Source of the DNA: Rhynchopus sp. YZ270_cl-10
Taxonomy: Eukaryota
Length of the DNA: 64,000 bases
NCBI GenBank assembly: GCA_964035575.1
Contig: OZ037834.1
Location: 1,302,001 to 1,366,000 of the forward strand
Reading direction: 5' to 3'
Shown one piece after another: positions 43,674-54,951 of this stretch (position 1 is its first letter; each line of letters starts with the position of its first letter). The translations under genes and the position numbers were made by a program. The notes under the pieces are model-generated. The model worked only from the letters and a program-made list of their open reading frames with translations, had not been told where the DNA came from and searched no databases.

Positions 43674-46544
43674 TTACCAGAATGAGGTTTCGGGTTGGGA
43701 CATGTGGAGAAGCTCTGTTCCGTCGTCCACAGTCGAGTCACCGACACAGGTGGGGGTGGGGCCGAAGTCGTGGACGAGGTTCTTTGCTTCCACGTCACCG
43801 TCGCTGGCAGCAGCACCATCACCCCTGCCTGCCTGCGTGCAGTACTTAAAGGCAACAATCACTGCACAGGCCGCAAGCACCGTCAACCCCACCGCCAGAT
43901 GCACGACCGAGAGCGGCGCTTGTTCGGTGGTCCAATCCTCCGAAGGGGGCCTCTGCGTGGGCTTCGAGGTGCTTGGTGTTGCTGTGGTGGCGGGTGCAGA
44001 GGAAGGCGTGGCCAGTGTACAAACCCTGATGTCATCCACCTGCAGAACAAAGGCCGTGTCACCAGCAGCACGGATCTGCAGCTCTGTGTACGTCGCGTCT
44101 GCGGTGAACGTGAAGGATGTCTCGGTGGCGTTGTTCTGTGGTGGTGTCTCTGTGTACACTGTCTGCTGTGCGGTGTCTGTGCCCAGAAGTGCGACGGAGA
44201 GTGTTCCGTAGCCAGCCTCAGGCTGCACCCACAGCGTCACCTGATAAGTTGCTCCAGCCACAAACCCTGCATCTGCTGCAACAGCGTCGTTATCAGCCAG
44301 CAGCACCCCGCACTCGCCGTGGATGCCCGGTGTCGCGACCGTGGGTGCGCCGCTCGTGTCCCTCCACGCATCGACGTCCGCAAAGCCCATCACCATGCTT
44401 CTCCCAGACACAAGGTGCTCGAAGCTGGGGTTGGCGAGAACAGGCCCCTCCGTACACGTAGGGGGCGCTGAGGTGGGCGGTGAGTCTGTGACAGGAGCCT
44501 GTGTGTCGGGTGTTTCTGTTTCGGGTGCATCAGTGCGATTTAGATCAGTGGTAGGTGTGCTGGTGGCTGCATCAGTGGTGGGTGGAATGGTTTCAGGTGC
44601 TTCAGGTGCATCAGTGGCCAGTACAGGTGCATCGGTGGCCGGTGCATCAGTAAGTGGTGCATCCGTGGTAGGTAGGGTGGTGTTGGCTGCATCAGTGGTG
44701 GGTGTGCTGGTGGCAGGTGGACTGGTGTTGGGTGCATCAGTGGTGGGTGGAAGGGTTTCAGGTGCTTTGGTGACAGGTGGCTTTGTCTGCGGTGGATCTG
44801 TTACAGGTGCGGCTGTGGGTACAACGGATGGCGGTGACGCTGTGTCTGGCGCAGACGTGGGCAACGCAGTCATTGGCGGCATGGTGTCTGAATCCAGGCA
44901 GACCATAATAGTGTCAATACGCACTTCTGCTTGTGTCTTCATGTCTGTATCCGTCCAGAACGGGTAGATCCACAGCTGTGAGTAGTCTGCGTCTGCAGTG
45001 AAGCTGAAGCCTATTTGCACAGCGTCGGGGAACATCAGTTTGCTGGTAAACACTGTTTGCTCACTCGTGACTACCGGTGGAGCTGTACCCCCGTACGTGA
45101 CGTCGTTCGCAATCTTCACGTAGAAATCACCTTCGTGCACCGGAGCCTGTATCATCAGGGTGGCCCGGTAGCGCACCTTTGCAGAGAACTGTGCCTTTGC
45201 AACCACACCCTCGCCTTTGCTGTCGTAGGACCACATAAAGATGGAACGGTCCAGAGGCGACACGTCCTCACCCAACCCAAGGTAGGCAGAAGGCGTCCCA
45301 TGTGAGGCCTGCCACCCAGTGAAGTTCCCTGCGCGCATTGCACCGACCCCGCCGTCCCCGTACGACATGCGTCCATCTTCTATCAGAAAATCTGGGTTCT
45401 GCAGAAGCGAGGAGGTGCACTGGTCAGCTTCTGGCACAAGTGTGCTTGGCAATAGTGTGTCAGGCTGTGCTGAGGACACAGCGTACGCTTCCACAGTCGT
45501 CTTCGCATCACCCACAATGACGCAGTAGAACACACCCATATCCTCAAGCAACGCAGTCAAGTCCCCACTCAGCACAACTGCCGACTGCATTGACACAGTC
45601 ACACTCTGTGTTGACGTGGACGGGAAGTCAGAAAGCGGCACACGCAACAGACCCTGATTCCTTCCTGAGAGGTACACGAATTCCCCAATCACATCAATGC
45701 TGAACAGCCTGGTCAAGTCCGTCAAATCAACCGCATACTGACGCTTCCCAAACCCGACGGCCTGCATACTGAACACATTGATGTAGGCCCATTTGTGGTA
45801 CGCCGCACACAGAAGCTGGTCACCAGCAAACGCTATCCATGGCTCTGTGTCGTGCCCGACAGCCTCCTCCAGCACCGAGTGCACTGACCCACTTTCCATG
45901 TTCAGTGCCACCACTGCACCCCAAGTTGTATTCAGAGAACGCCCCCCGAAGTAGACGAGCCCGTTGCGTTCTATGCCTGGCTCGCGTGAACGTACTGCGA
46001 AGTTGTCTGTGGTGAAGGAGACGAGCTGGGGTGGCCAGATGCGCGCAGTGAGGGGGCTTACCGCGAGCAGGTACGTCGAGATGATGGAGGGCGAGGAACA
46101 TCGAGAGGACACGACGGCCTCGTGTGTTGCACACTCGGCGACCACGAGCACTTGCCCCAGTCCGCTGAGTGGTTTCCCTACCACGCTGAGCGAGCTGACG
46201 TTACGAGACAGCTCCATCATGCGTGGCGCTTGGAGACTGCCGTCGGTGGTGTTCAATGGGTGAATCCGTATCCCATACTGCGAGTTCGCAGGTGAGACAA
46301 CAAGGTACTGTGTGTCGTCGTCCACCACCACATGCGCCATGGCAAAGATCCCTGCACCCGTCGCTGTCGTCGCAATCACAGGCGGCACCTCGCCCAGGTC
46401 TGCCTGCACAACATCACCCGAGGCAGTGCCGAGGTACAGCACGCCCTTGATAGCAACCATCGCTGTCGGCGTAACGTCAAGACTACCCACAGACCACACG
46501 TCAAACGCACCCAGCATGCACACTGCGAGTACAGGGGTCAGCAT
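43674..46544 (-). CDS. Surface protein array copy 2 (956 aa)
   Basis: Same N-terminal domain; one SHGTP module; long TDAP-repeat stalk; a second, divergent beta-sandwich (CTEGPVLANPSF); TM; tail ends ETSFW*. Confidence 0.9.
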   Translation of the reverse strand: MLTPVLAVCMLGAFDVWSVGSLDVTPTAMVAIKGVLYLGTASGDVVQADLGEVPPVIATTATGAGIFAMAHVVVDDDTQYLVVSPANSQYGIRIHPLNTTDGSLQAPRMMELSRNVSSLSVVGKPLSGLGQVLVVAECATHEAVVSSRCSSPSIISTYLLAVSPLTARIWPPQLVSFTTDNFAVRSREPGIERNGLVYFGGRSLNTTWGAVVALNMESGSVHSVLEEAVGHDTEPWIAFAGDQLLCAAYHKWAYINVFSMQAVGFGKRQYAVDLTDLTRLFSIDVIGEFVYLSGRNQGLLRVPLSDFPSTSTQSVTVSMQSAVVLSGDLTALLEDMGVFYCVIVGDAKTTVEAYAVSSAQPDTLLPSTLVPEADQCTSSLLQNPDFLIEDGRMSYGDGGVGAMRAGNFTGWQASHGTPSAYLGLGEDVSPLDRSIFMWSYDSKGEGVVAKAQFSAKVRYRATLMIQAPVHEGDFYVKIANDVTYGGTAPPVVTSEQTVFTSKLMFPDAVQIGFSFTADADYSQLWIYPFWTDTDMKTQAEVRIDTIMVCLDSDTMPPMTALPTSAPDTASPPSVVPTAAPVTDPPQTKPPVTKAPETLPPTTDAPNTSPPATSTPTTDAANTTLPTTDAPLTDAPATDAPVLATDAPEAPETIPPTTDAATSTPTTDLNRTDAPETETPDTQAPVTDSPPTSAPPTCTEGPVLANPSFEHLVSGRSMVMGFADVDAWRDTSGAPTVATPGIHGECGVLLADNDAVAADAGFVAGATYQVTLWVQPEAGYGTLSVALLGTDTAQQTVYTETPPQNNATETSFTFTADATYTELQIRAAGDTAFVLQVDDIRVCTLATPSSAPATTATPSTSKPTQRPPSEDWTTEQAPLSVVHLAVGLTVLAACAVIVAFKYCTQAGRGDGAAASDGDVEAKNLVHDFGPTPTCVGDSTVDDGTELLHMSQPETSFW

Positions 46545-47899
46545 ACTTTTTCCTCTTTTTTTTTAGCTGGGTGGTGTAAGATATCAGTTGGTTGTGTTGC
46601 GGTGTTGACGTGTGACAAACAAAAAATCCACCTTTTTTTAACGTCCTCACACATCACTTTCGCACCTTTGGGAGATGGTATGTGTTGGTAGGTCTGAGAA
46701 TACTAAAAAAAAAAGTTTGGCTTGAAATACAAAGCCCTCTTGTGACAGTGTCTCTCCAAAAAAACGAAAACTATTCGAAAGAGAAGACACCACAGGCCCA
46801 CCAAGCAGACTCACACATATGGGCTATATTCCGACAACCCACACCTGTTCTCAAACACACACCCTTTGGGGCCATATTCTGCGCAAGAATTACCCCTATG
46901 AGTTATCGGACACACACACAGTTTCAAAAAAAAAAGTGAAGTTATTAATGCAGGCACATCCGACTGACCCACGCAAGATGCCAGCCATCCGGATAAAAGC
47001 ACAAGTACCCTGCGGCCAACAACAGAAGATGTAAAAAGGAAACCTATGACTGGCACGTACCGTAAGAGAACGGAGGCGGTTCACAACCGCTCGTCGAATC
47101 ACAAACAAAGGTTTGGTAAGACGACCCTAAGCCTCTCTGTGCCTAGTCACAGAAAAAGAGAACTTAAAAGTGCAAATGCCTCACCGTTCATCGGCGGACG
47201 CAGGCACTGGTTCTCCGCGTGTCACAAAAAAGAAACGAATACGTAAAGACGACTTTTTTCCAAATCGGAAAACTCCCCCCTCAACAAAGCGATAAAAGAA
47301 AAAACGATGTCAATATCAGACAAAACAACGTGGTGTGAGGGTACGCCCCCTTTACTGTGAAACAGAGTTCTGTCCCGCGATCATGGCTGTGATCTTTTTT
47401 GTGAACTGCAGTACGGATGCGACAATGGCTACTAAGGGGGGGTTTGTTTTGTAACAACACTGTCTCCCGAAAAGGGGTTAGATAGACAAGCAGGATCGAA
47501 GGAAGCCATGGGGACATCCACCCCAAATGTGACTCACAAAGGGGTGGTATCGCGGTAGAGAACACAGAAGGTGACACACCCACATCACAACACTTTGATC
47601 AGGTGTCTGGCTCTGAGAGACTCGAAGGGTTGTAGGGAAAAAATTCGGAGGGAGTGCAGACGATCCCTCTTCACACCGGAGAAAGGGTTTCGCTGTTAAA
47701 GCTCGCATGTTAGCCTTGACGATGAGCTGTTGTATGACCCACGCTCGCGGATGAAAATGGTAGAACCTTCGGATCTTTTGTTCTCTTGAGGGAGTCAAAA
47801 GTGAGGTTGACATACAGACACCTTTGGGATGCCGACCTGGGTCACTTCAACCAAGCTGCCCAAAGTGATTCTGGGAATACCGTTCCAGCCTCAGTCATC

Positions 47900-50593
47900 T
47901 TAGTCAGCTGTTGACCACAAGGAGGTTTCGGGTTGGGACATGTGGAGAAGCTCTGTTCCGTCGTCCACAGTCGAGTCACCGACACAGGTGGGGGTGGGGC
48001 CGAAGTCGTGGACGAGGTTCTTTGCTTCCACGTCACCGTCGCTGTCAGCACCACCATCACCCCTGCCTGCCTGCGTGCAGTACTTAAAGGCAACAATCAC
48101 TGCACAGGCCGCAAGCACCGTCAACCCCACCGCCAGATGCACGACCGAGAGCGGCGCTTGTTCTGTGGTCCAATCCTCCGAAGGGGGCCTCTGCGTGGGC
48201 TTCGAGGTGCTTGGTGTTGCTGTGGTGGCGGGTGCAGAGGAAGCCGTGGCCAGTGTACAAACCCTGATGTCATCCACCTGAAGAACAAAGGCCGTGTCAC
48301 CAGCAGCACGGAGCTGCAGCTCTGTGTACGTCGCGTCTGCGGTGAACGTGAAGGATGTCTCGGTGGCGTTGTTCTGTGGTGGTGTCTCTGTGTACACTGT
48401 CTGCTGTGCGGTGTCTGTGCCCAGAAGTGCGACGGAGAGTGTTCCGTAGCCAGCCTCAGGCTGCACCCACAGCGTCACCTGATAAGTTGCCCCAGCCACA
48501 AACCCTGCATCTGCTGCAACAGCATCGTTATCAGCCAGCAGCACCCCGCACTCGCCGTGGATGCCCGGTGTCGTGACCGTGGGTGTGCCGCTCGTGTTCC
48601 TCCACGCATCGACGTCCGCAAAGCCCATCACCACGCTTCTCCCAGACACAAGGTGCTCGAAGCTGGGGTTGGCGAGAACAGGCCCCACCGTACACGTCGG
48701 GGGCGCTGAGGTGGGCGGTGAGTCTGTGACAGGAGCCTGTGTGTCGGGTGTTTCTGTTTCGGGTGCATCAGTGCGATTTAGATCAGTGGTAGGTGTGCTG
48801 GTGGGTGCATCAGTGGTGGGTGGAAGGGTTTCAGGTGCTTTGGTGACAGGTGGCTTTGTCTGCGGTGGATCTGTTACAGGTGTGGCTGTGGGTACAACGG
48901 ATGGCGGTGACGCTGTCATTGGCGGCATGGTGTCTGAATCCAGGCAGACCATAATAGTGTCAATACGCACTTCTGCTTGTGTCTTCATGTCTGTATCCGT
49001 CCAGAACGGGTAGATCCACAGCTGTGAGTAGTCTGCGTCTGCAGTAAAGCTGAAGCCTATTTGCACAGCGTCGGGGAACATCAGTTTGCTGGTAAACACT
49101 GTTTGCTCACTCGTGACTACCGGTGGAGCTGTACCCCCGTACGTGACCTCGTTCGCAATCTTCACGTAGAAATCACCTTCGTGCACCGGAGCCTGTATCA
49201 TCAGGGTGGCCCGGTAGCGCACCTTTGCAGAGAACTGTGCCTTTGCAACCACACCCTCGCCTTTGCTGTCGTAGGACCACATAAAGATGGAACGGTCCAG
49301 AGGCGACACGTCCTCACCCAACCCAAGGTAGGCAGAAGGCGTCCCATGTGAGGCCTGCCACCCAGTGAAGTTCCCTGCGCGCATTGCACCGACCCCGCCG
49401 TCCCCGTACGACATGCGTCCATCTTCTATCAGAAAATCTGGGTTCTGCAGAAGCGAGGAGATGCACTGGTCAGCTTCTGGCACAAGTGTGCTTGGCAATA
49501 GTGTGTCAGGCTGTGCTGAGGACACAGCGTACGCTTCCACAGTCGTCTTCGCAGCACCCACAATGACGCAGTAGAACACACCCATATCCTCAAGCAACGC
49601 AGTCAAGTCCCCACTCAGCACAACTGCCGACTGCATTGACGGGATCACACTATCTGACGACGTGGACGGGAAGTCAGAAAGCGGCACACGCAACAGGCCC
49701 TGAGTCCTTCCTGAGAGGTACACGAATTCCCCAACCACATCAATGCTGAACAGCCTGGTCAAGTCCGTCAAGTCAACCGCATACTGACGCTTCCCAAACC
49801 CGACGGCCTGCATACTGAACACATTGATGTAGGCCCATTTGTGGTACGCCGCACACAGAAGCTGGTCACCAGCAAACGCTATCCATGGCTCTGTGTCGTA
49901 CCCGACAGCCTCCTCCAGCACCGAGTGCACTGACCCACTTGCCACGTTCACTGCCACCACTGCACCCCAAGTTGTATTCAGAGAAAGCCCCCCGAAGTAG
50001 ACGAGCCCGTTGCGTTCTATGCCTGGCTCGCGTGAACGTACTGCGAAGTTGTCCGTGGTGAAGGACACGAGCTGGGGTGGCCAGATGCGCGCAGTGAGGG
50101 GGCTTACCGCGAGCAGGTACGTTGAGATGATGGAGGGCGAGTAACACGAACGAGAGGACACGACGGTCTCGTGTGTTTCACACTCGGCGACCACGAGCAC
50201 TTGCCCCAGTCCGCTGAGCGGTTTCCCTACCACGCTGAGCGAGATGACGTTACGAGACAGCTCCATCATGCGTGGCGCTTGGATACTGCCGTCGGTGGTG
50301 TTCAATGGGTGAATCCGTATCCCATACTGCGCGTTCGCAGGTGAGACAACAAGGTACTGTGTGTCGTCATCCACCACCACATGCGCCATGGCAAAGATCC
50401 CTGCACCCGTCGCTGTCGTCGCAATCACAGGCGGCACCTCGCCCAGGTCTGCCTGCACAACATCACCCGAGGCAGTGCCGAGGTACAGCACGCCCTTGGT
50501 AGCAACCATCGCTGTCGGTGTAACATCAAGACTACCCACAGACCGCACGTCAAACGCACCCAGCATGCACACTGCGAGTACAGGGGTCAGCAT
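47900..50593 (-). CDS. Surface protein array copy 3 (~897 aa)
   Basis: Paralog of copy 2 with the shortest stalk; start assigned to the conserved MLTPVLAV. Confidence 0.9.
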   Translation of the reverse strand: MLTPVLAVCMLGAFDVRSVGSLDVTPTAMVATKGVLYLGTASGDVVQADLGEVPPVIATTATGAGIFAMAHVVVDDDTQYLVVSPANAQYGIRIHPLNTTDGSIQAPRMMELSRNVISLSVVGKPLSGLGQVLVVAECETHETVVSSRSCYSPSIISTYLLAVSPLTARIWPPQLVSFTTDNFAVRSREPGIERNGLVYFGGLSLNTTWGAVVAVNVASGSVHSVLEEAVGYDTEPWIAFAGDQLLCAAYHKWAYINVFSMQAVGFGKRQYAVDLTDLTRLFSIDVVGEFVYLSGRTQGLLRVPLSDFPSTSSDSVIPSMQSAVVLSGDLTALLEDMGVFYCVIVGAAKTTVEAYAVSSAQPDTLLPSTLVPEADQCISSLLQNPDFLIEDGRMSYGDGGVGAMRAGNFTGWQASHGTPSAYLGLGEDVSPLDRSIFMWSYDSKGEGVVAKAQFSAKVRYRATLMIQAPVHEGDFYVKIANEVTYGGTAPPVVTSEQTVFTSKLMFPDAVQIGFSFTADADYSQLWIYPFWTDTDMKTQAEVRIDTIMVCLDSDTMPPMTASPPSVVPTATPVTDPPQTKPPVTKAPETLPPTTDAPTSTPTTDLNRTDAPETETPDTQAPVTDSPPTSAPPTCTVGPVLANPSFEHLVSGRSVVMGFADVDAWRNTSGTPTVTTPGIHGECGVLLADNDAVAADAGFVAGATYQVTLWVQPEAGYGTLSVALLGTDTAQQTVYTETPPQNNATETSFTFTADATYTELQLRAAGDTAFVLQVDDIRVCTLATASSAPATTATPSTSKPTQRPPSEDWTTEQAPLSVVHLAVGLTVLAACAVIVAFKYCTQAGRGDGGADSDGDVEAKNLVHDFGPTPTCVGDSTVDDGTELLHMSQPETSLWSTAD

Positions 50594-52116
50594 AGCTTCG
50601 CAACAATGTAGGGAGGGGCGGGTGCGGTCTGTGCACAAAGCATGTGTGTCTGTGTTATTTTGTCTGCTTTCGTGGTGTCGCGGTTTAGAACACAGAAGGT
50701 GACACACCCACACACAACACCTTGATCAGGTGTCTGGCTCTGAGAGTCGAAGGGTTGGGATAAGAAAATTTGGAGTCTCCACTGTCTTCCCTTTTATACT
50801 CATTGAAGAAAAGAAAACAAAATCCCACCGTCGCAACACGTGGCAAATGGGGAGGCACTTCCGTTTAAGTTTAACTTTAACGGCAACCCGCAGGAGTAGA
50901 ACTGAACTATTAACTCTTGAAAAACAGACAGCCAACGAGACCCGGGGTCTCTCTTAGTTCTTGTCAACAGGCAAACATGACAACGCTAGCCCCATTGCCA
51001 AGGCAGAGTGGGGTCCCAAACGGTTCACTGGGGGGAGGTCCTCATAGATAAAGAAAACATAAAAAGAAGCAAATAACAAAGGGTGGCAGTAAAATGTTTA
51101 AGGGAAAAAAAATCGACTTCAGGATATGACAATGTGTTTTTTCCCGCTTGTCGCTCTGTACATTGTGTTTTTCGCTGTTTGAGTGTGTGGTGATGAAACA
51201 AATACTGGATGAAAAACAATTTGCAGGCACGTACCTTCCGTCGATTCTATTTTCTCTTGACAATGCTTGATAATAAAAAAAGAGAAGTTGAAAGTGCAAA
51301 CACCGTTCATCTGCGGACACAGTCACTGGTTATCCGCTGGTTATCGAACCCCAGAGAGCACTTCATTGACATGCACACGGTTACCACGAGGGAGGTTGTC
51401 AGCAGGAATACAATCATTGCCCCAACCAGAAAGGGATGGGGGTATTTTATCACACAAAGAATGTCACAAGCCTCGTGTCCTAGACAGCACAGGCCGTCTA
51501 CTATAGCTTATCAGGGCTGGAGCCCAGCGGAGCGGAGTGAACGCACCCTTACATTTGTCGTCCCAATGAAGGGCGACGTAGCCCAGTTTAGCACGTGTGT
51601 GCACGTCGTCTCCAAAGAAGAAAGGGCGAAGTTGATAGTACAAGCGCTTCTGGGACGCAGGCAACTGACACTCCGCGGGATATCGAACCCCCGGAGTGTT
51701 GCACTTTGTAGTTGGTATCAGGGAAACTGTAAGCAGGCACACAGTCATTTCCCCACCCTGGGTGGAATGGGTGATACCAGGATATGAACACTCAAGAAAA
51801 GTGTCCTGGAACACAACACTAGTCGTCTCCGGAATCCAATGAGCACGGGGACGCTGACGGAACTGAGGGAGGGCAGACGACCCCTCTTCACACCGGAGAA
51901 AGGGTTTCGCTGTTAAAGCTCGCATGTTAGCCTTGACGATGAGCTGTTGTATGACCCACGCTCGCGGATGAAAATGGTAGAACCTTCGGATCTTTTGTTC
52001 TCTTGAGGGAGTCAAAAGTGAGGTTGACATACAGACACCTTTGGGATGCCGACCTGGGTCACTTCAACCAAGCTGCCCAAAGTGATTCTGGGAATACCGT
52101 TCCAGCCTCAGTCATC

Positions 52117-54951
52117 TTAGTCAGCTGTTGACCACAAGGAGGTTTCGGGTTGGGACATGTGGAGAAGCTCTGTTCCGTCGTCCACAGTCGAGTCACCGAC
52201 ACAGGTGGGGGTGGGGCCGAAGTCGTGGACGAGGTTCTTTGCTTCCACGTCACCGTCGCTGTCAGCACCACCATCACCCCTGCCTGCCTGCGTGCAGTAC
52301 TTAAAGGCAACAATCACTGCACAGGCCGCAAGCACCGTCAACCCCACCGCCAGATGCACGACCGAGAGCGGCGCTTGTTCGGTGGTCCAATCCTCCGAAG
52401 GAGGCCTCTGCGTGGGCTTCGAGGTGCTTGGTGTTGCTGTGGTGGCGGGTGCAGAGGAAGCCGTGGCCAGTGTACAAACCCTGATGTCATCCACCTGAAG
52501 AACAAAGGCCGTGTCACCAGCAGCACGGAGCTGCAGCTCTGTGTACGTCGCGTCTGCGGTGAACGTGAAGGATGTCTCGGTGGCGTTGTTCTGTGGTGGT
52601 GTCTCTGTGTACACTGTCTGCTGTGCGGTGTCTGTGCCCAGAAGTGCGACGGAGAGTGTTCCGTAGCCAGCCTCAGGCTGCACCCACAGCGTCACCTGAT
52701 AAGTTGCCCCAGCCACAAACCCTGCATCTGCTGCAACAGCATCGTTATCAGCCAGCAGCACCCCGCACTCGCCGTGGATGCCCGGTGTCGTGACCGTGGG
52801 TGTGCCGCTCGTGTTCCTCCACGCATCGACGTCCGCAAAGCCCATCACCACGCTTCTCCCAGACACAAGGTGCTCGAAGCTGGGGTTGGCGAGAACAGGC
52901 CCCACCGTACACGTCGGGGGCGCTGAGGTGGGCGGTGAGTCTGTGACAGGAGCCTGTGTGTCGGGTGTTTCTGTTTCGGGTGCATCAGTGCGATTTAGAT
53001 CAGTGGTAGGTGTGCTGGTGGGTGCATCAGTGGTGGGTGGAATGGTTTCAGGTGCATCAGTGGCCAGTACAGGTTCATTGGTGGTAGGTAGGGTGATGTT
53101 GGCTGCATCAGTGGCGGGTGTGTTGGTGTTGGGTGGTGCATCGGTGGCCGGTGCATCAGTAAGTGGTGCATCCGTGGTAGGTAGGGTGGTGTTGGGTGCA
53201 TCAGTGGTGGGTGGAAGGGTTTCAGGTGCTTTGGTGACAGGTGGCTTTGTCTGCGGTGGATCTGTTACAGGTGTGGCTGTGGGTACAACGGATGGCGGTG
53301 ACGCTGTCATTGGCGGCATGGTGTCTGAATCCAGGCAGACCATAATAGTGTCAATACGCACTTCTGCTTGTGTCTGCATGTCTGTATCCGTCCAGAACGG
53401 GTGGATCCACAGCTGTGAGTAGTCTGCGTCTGCAGTGAAACTGAAGCCTATTTGCACAGCATCGGGGAACATCAGTTTGCTGGTAAACACTGTTTGCTCA
53501 CTCGTGACTACCGGTGGAAATGGACCCCCGTACGTGACGTCGTTCGCAATCTTCACGTAGAAATCACCTTCGTGCACCGGAGCCTGTATCATCAGGGTGG
53601 CCCGGTAGCGCACCTTTGCAGAGAACTGTGCCTTTGCAACCACACCCTCGCCTTTACTGGAGTAGGACCACATCCATATGGAACGGTCCAGCAGCGTCAC
53701 GTTCTCACCCAACCCACCGTAGGCAGAAGGCGTCCCATGTGAGGCCTGCCACCCAGTGAAGTTTCCCACGAACATGGCACCGCTCGCGTCCGTGAAGCGT
53801 CCATCTTCTATCAGAAAATCTGGGTTCTGCAGAAGCGAGGAGGTGCACTGGTCAGCTTCTGGCACAAGTGTGCTTGGCAATAGTGTGCCAGGCTGTGCTG
53901 AGGACACAGCGTACGCTTCCACAGTCGTCTTCGCAGCACCCACAATGACGCAGTAGAACACACCCACATCCTCAAGCAACGCAGTCAAGTCCCCACTCAG
54001 CACAACTGCCGACTGCATTGACACAGTCACACTATCTGACGACGTGGACGGGAAGTCAGAAAGCGGCACACGCAACAGACCCTGAGTCCTTCCTGAGAGG
54101 TACACGAATTCCCCAACCACATCAATGCTGAACAGCTTGGTCAAGGCCGTCAAGTCAACCGCATACTGACGCTTCCCAAACCCGACGGCCTGCATACTGA
54201 ACACATTGATGTAGGCCCATTTGTGGTACGCCGCACACAGAAGCTGGTCACCAGCAAACGCTATCCATGGCTCTGTGTCGTGCCCGACAGCCTCCTCCAG
54301 CACCGAGTGCACTGACCCACTTGCCACGTTCACTGCCACCACTGCACCCCAAGTTGTATTCAGAGAACGCCCCCCGAAGTAGACGAGCCCGTTGCGTTCT
54401 ATGCCTGGCTCGCGTGAACGTACTGCGAAGTTGTCGGTGGTGAAGGACACGAGCTGGGGTGGCCAGATGCGCGCAGTGAGGGGGCTTACCGCGAGCAGGT
54501 ACGTTGAGATGATGGAGGGCGAGGAACATCGAGAGGACACGACGGTCTCGTGTGTTGCACACTCGGCGACCACGAGCACTTGCCCCAGTCCGCTGAGCGA
54601 GGTGACGGTACGAGACAGCTCCATCATGCGTGGCGCTTGGAGACTGCCGTCGGTGGTGTTCAATGGGTGAATCCGTATCCCATACTGCGCGTCCGCAGAC
54701 GAGACAACAAGGTACTGTGTGTCGTCATCCACGACCACATGCGCCATGGCAAAGATCCCCGCACCCGTCGCTGTTGTCGCAATCACAGGCGGCACCTCGC
54801 CCAGGTCTGCCTGCACAACATCACCCGAGGCAGTGCCGAGGTACAGCACGCCCTTGATAGCAACCATCGCTGTCGGTGTAACGTCAAGACTACCCACAGA
54901 CCGCACGTCAAACGCACCCAGCATGCACACTGCGAGTACAGGGGTCAGCAT
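52117..54951 (-). CDS. Surface protein array copy 4 (~944 aa)
   Basis: Paralog with a 7-aa in-frame deletion in the N-domain and different module loops (GRFTDASGAMFVG, GGPFPP). Confidence 0.9.
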   Translation of the reverse strand: MLTPVLAVCMLGAFDVRSVGSLDVTPTAMVAIKGVLYLGTASGDVVQADLGEVPPVIATTATGAGIFAMAHVVVDDDTQYLVVSSADAQYGIRIHPLNTTDGSLQAPRMMELSRTVTSLSGLGQVLVVAECATHETVVSSRCSSPSIISTYLLAVSPLTARIWPPQLVSFTTDNFAVRSREPGIERNGLVYFGGRSLNTTWGAVVAVNVASGSVHSVLEEAVGHDTEPWIAFAGDQLLCAAYHKWAYINVFSMQAVGFGKRQYAVDLTALTKLFSIDVVGEFVYLSGRTQGLLRVPLSDFPSTSSDSVTVSMQSAVVLSGDLTALLEDVGVFYCVIVGAAKTTVEAYAVSSAQPGTLLPSTLVPEADQCTSSLLQNPDFLIEDGRFTDASGAMFVGNFTGWQASHGTPSAYGGLGENVTLLDRSIWMWSYSSKGEGVVAKAQFSAKVRYRATLMIQAPVHEGDFYVKIANDVTYGGPFPPVVTSEQTVFTSKLMFPDAVQIGFSFTADADYSQLWIHPFWTDTDMQTQAEVRIDTIMVCLDSDTMPPMTASPPSVVPTATPVTDPPQTKPPVTKAPETLPPTTDAPNTTLPTTDAPLTDAPATDAPPNTNTPATDAANITLPTTNEPVLATDAPETIPPTTDAPTSTPTTDLNRTDAPETETPDTQAPVTDSPPTSAPPTCTVGPVLANPSFEHLVSGRSVVMGFADVDAWRNTSGTPTVTTPGIHGECGVLLADNDAVAADAGFVAGATYQVTLWVQPEAGYGTLSVALLGTDTAQQTVYTETPPQNNATETSFTFTADATYTELQLRAAGDTAFVLQVDDIRVCTLATASSAPATTATPSTSKPTQRPPSEDWTTEQAPLSVVHLAVGLTVLAACAVIVAFKYCTQAGRGDGGADSDGDVEAKNLVHDFGPTPTCVGDSTVDDGTELLHMSQPETSLWSTAD

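Noticed and set aside
46942..47004. Family F as a twister ribozyme or H/ACA snoRNA
   Set aside because: The resemblance (taatgcag, ccggataaaag) is not conserved across copies, and the core pseudoknot residues and a constant AGA box are absent.
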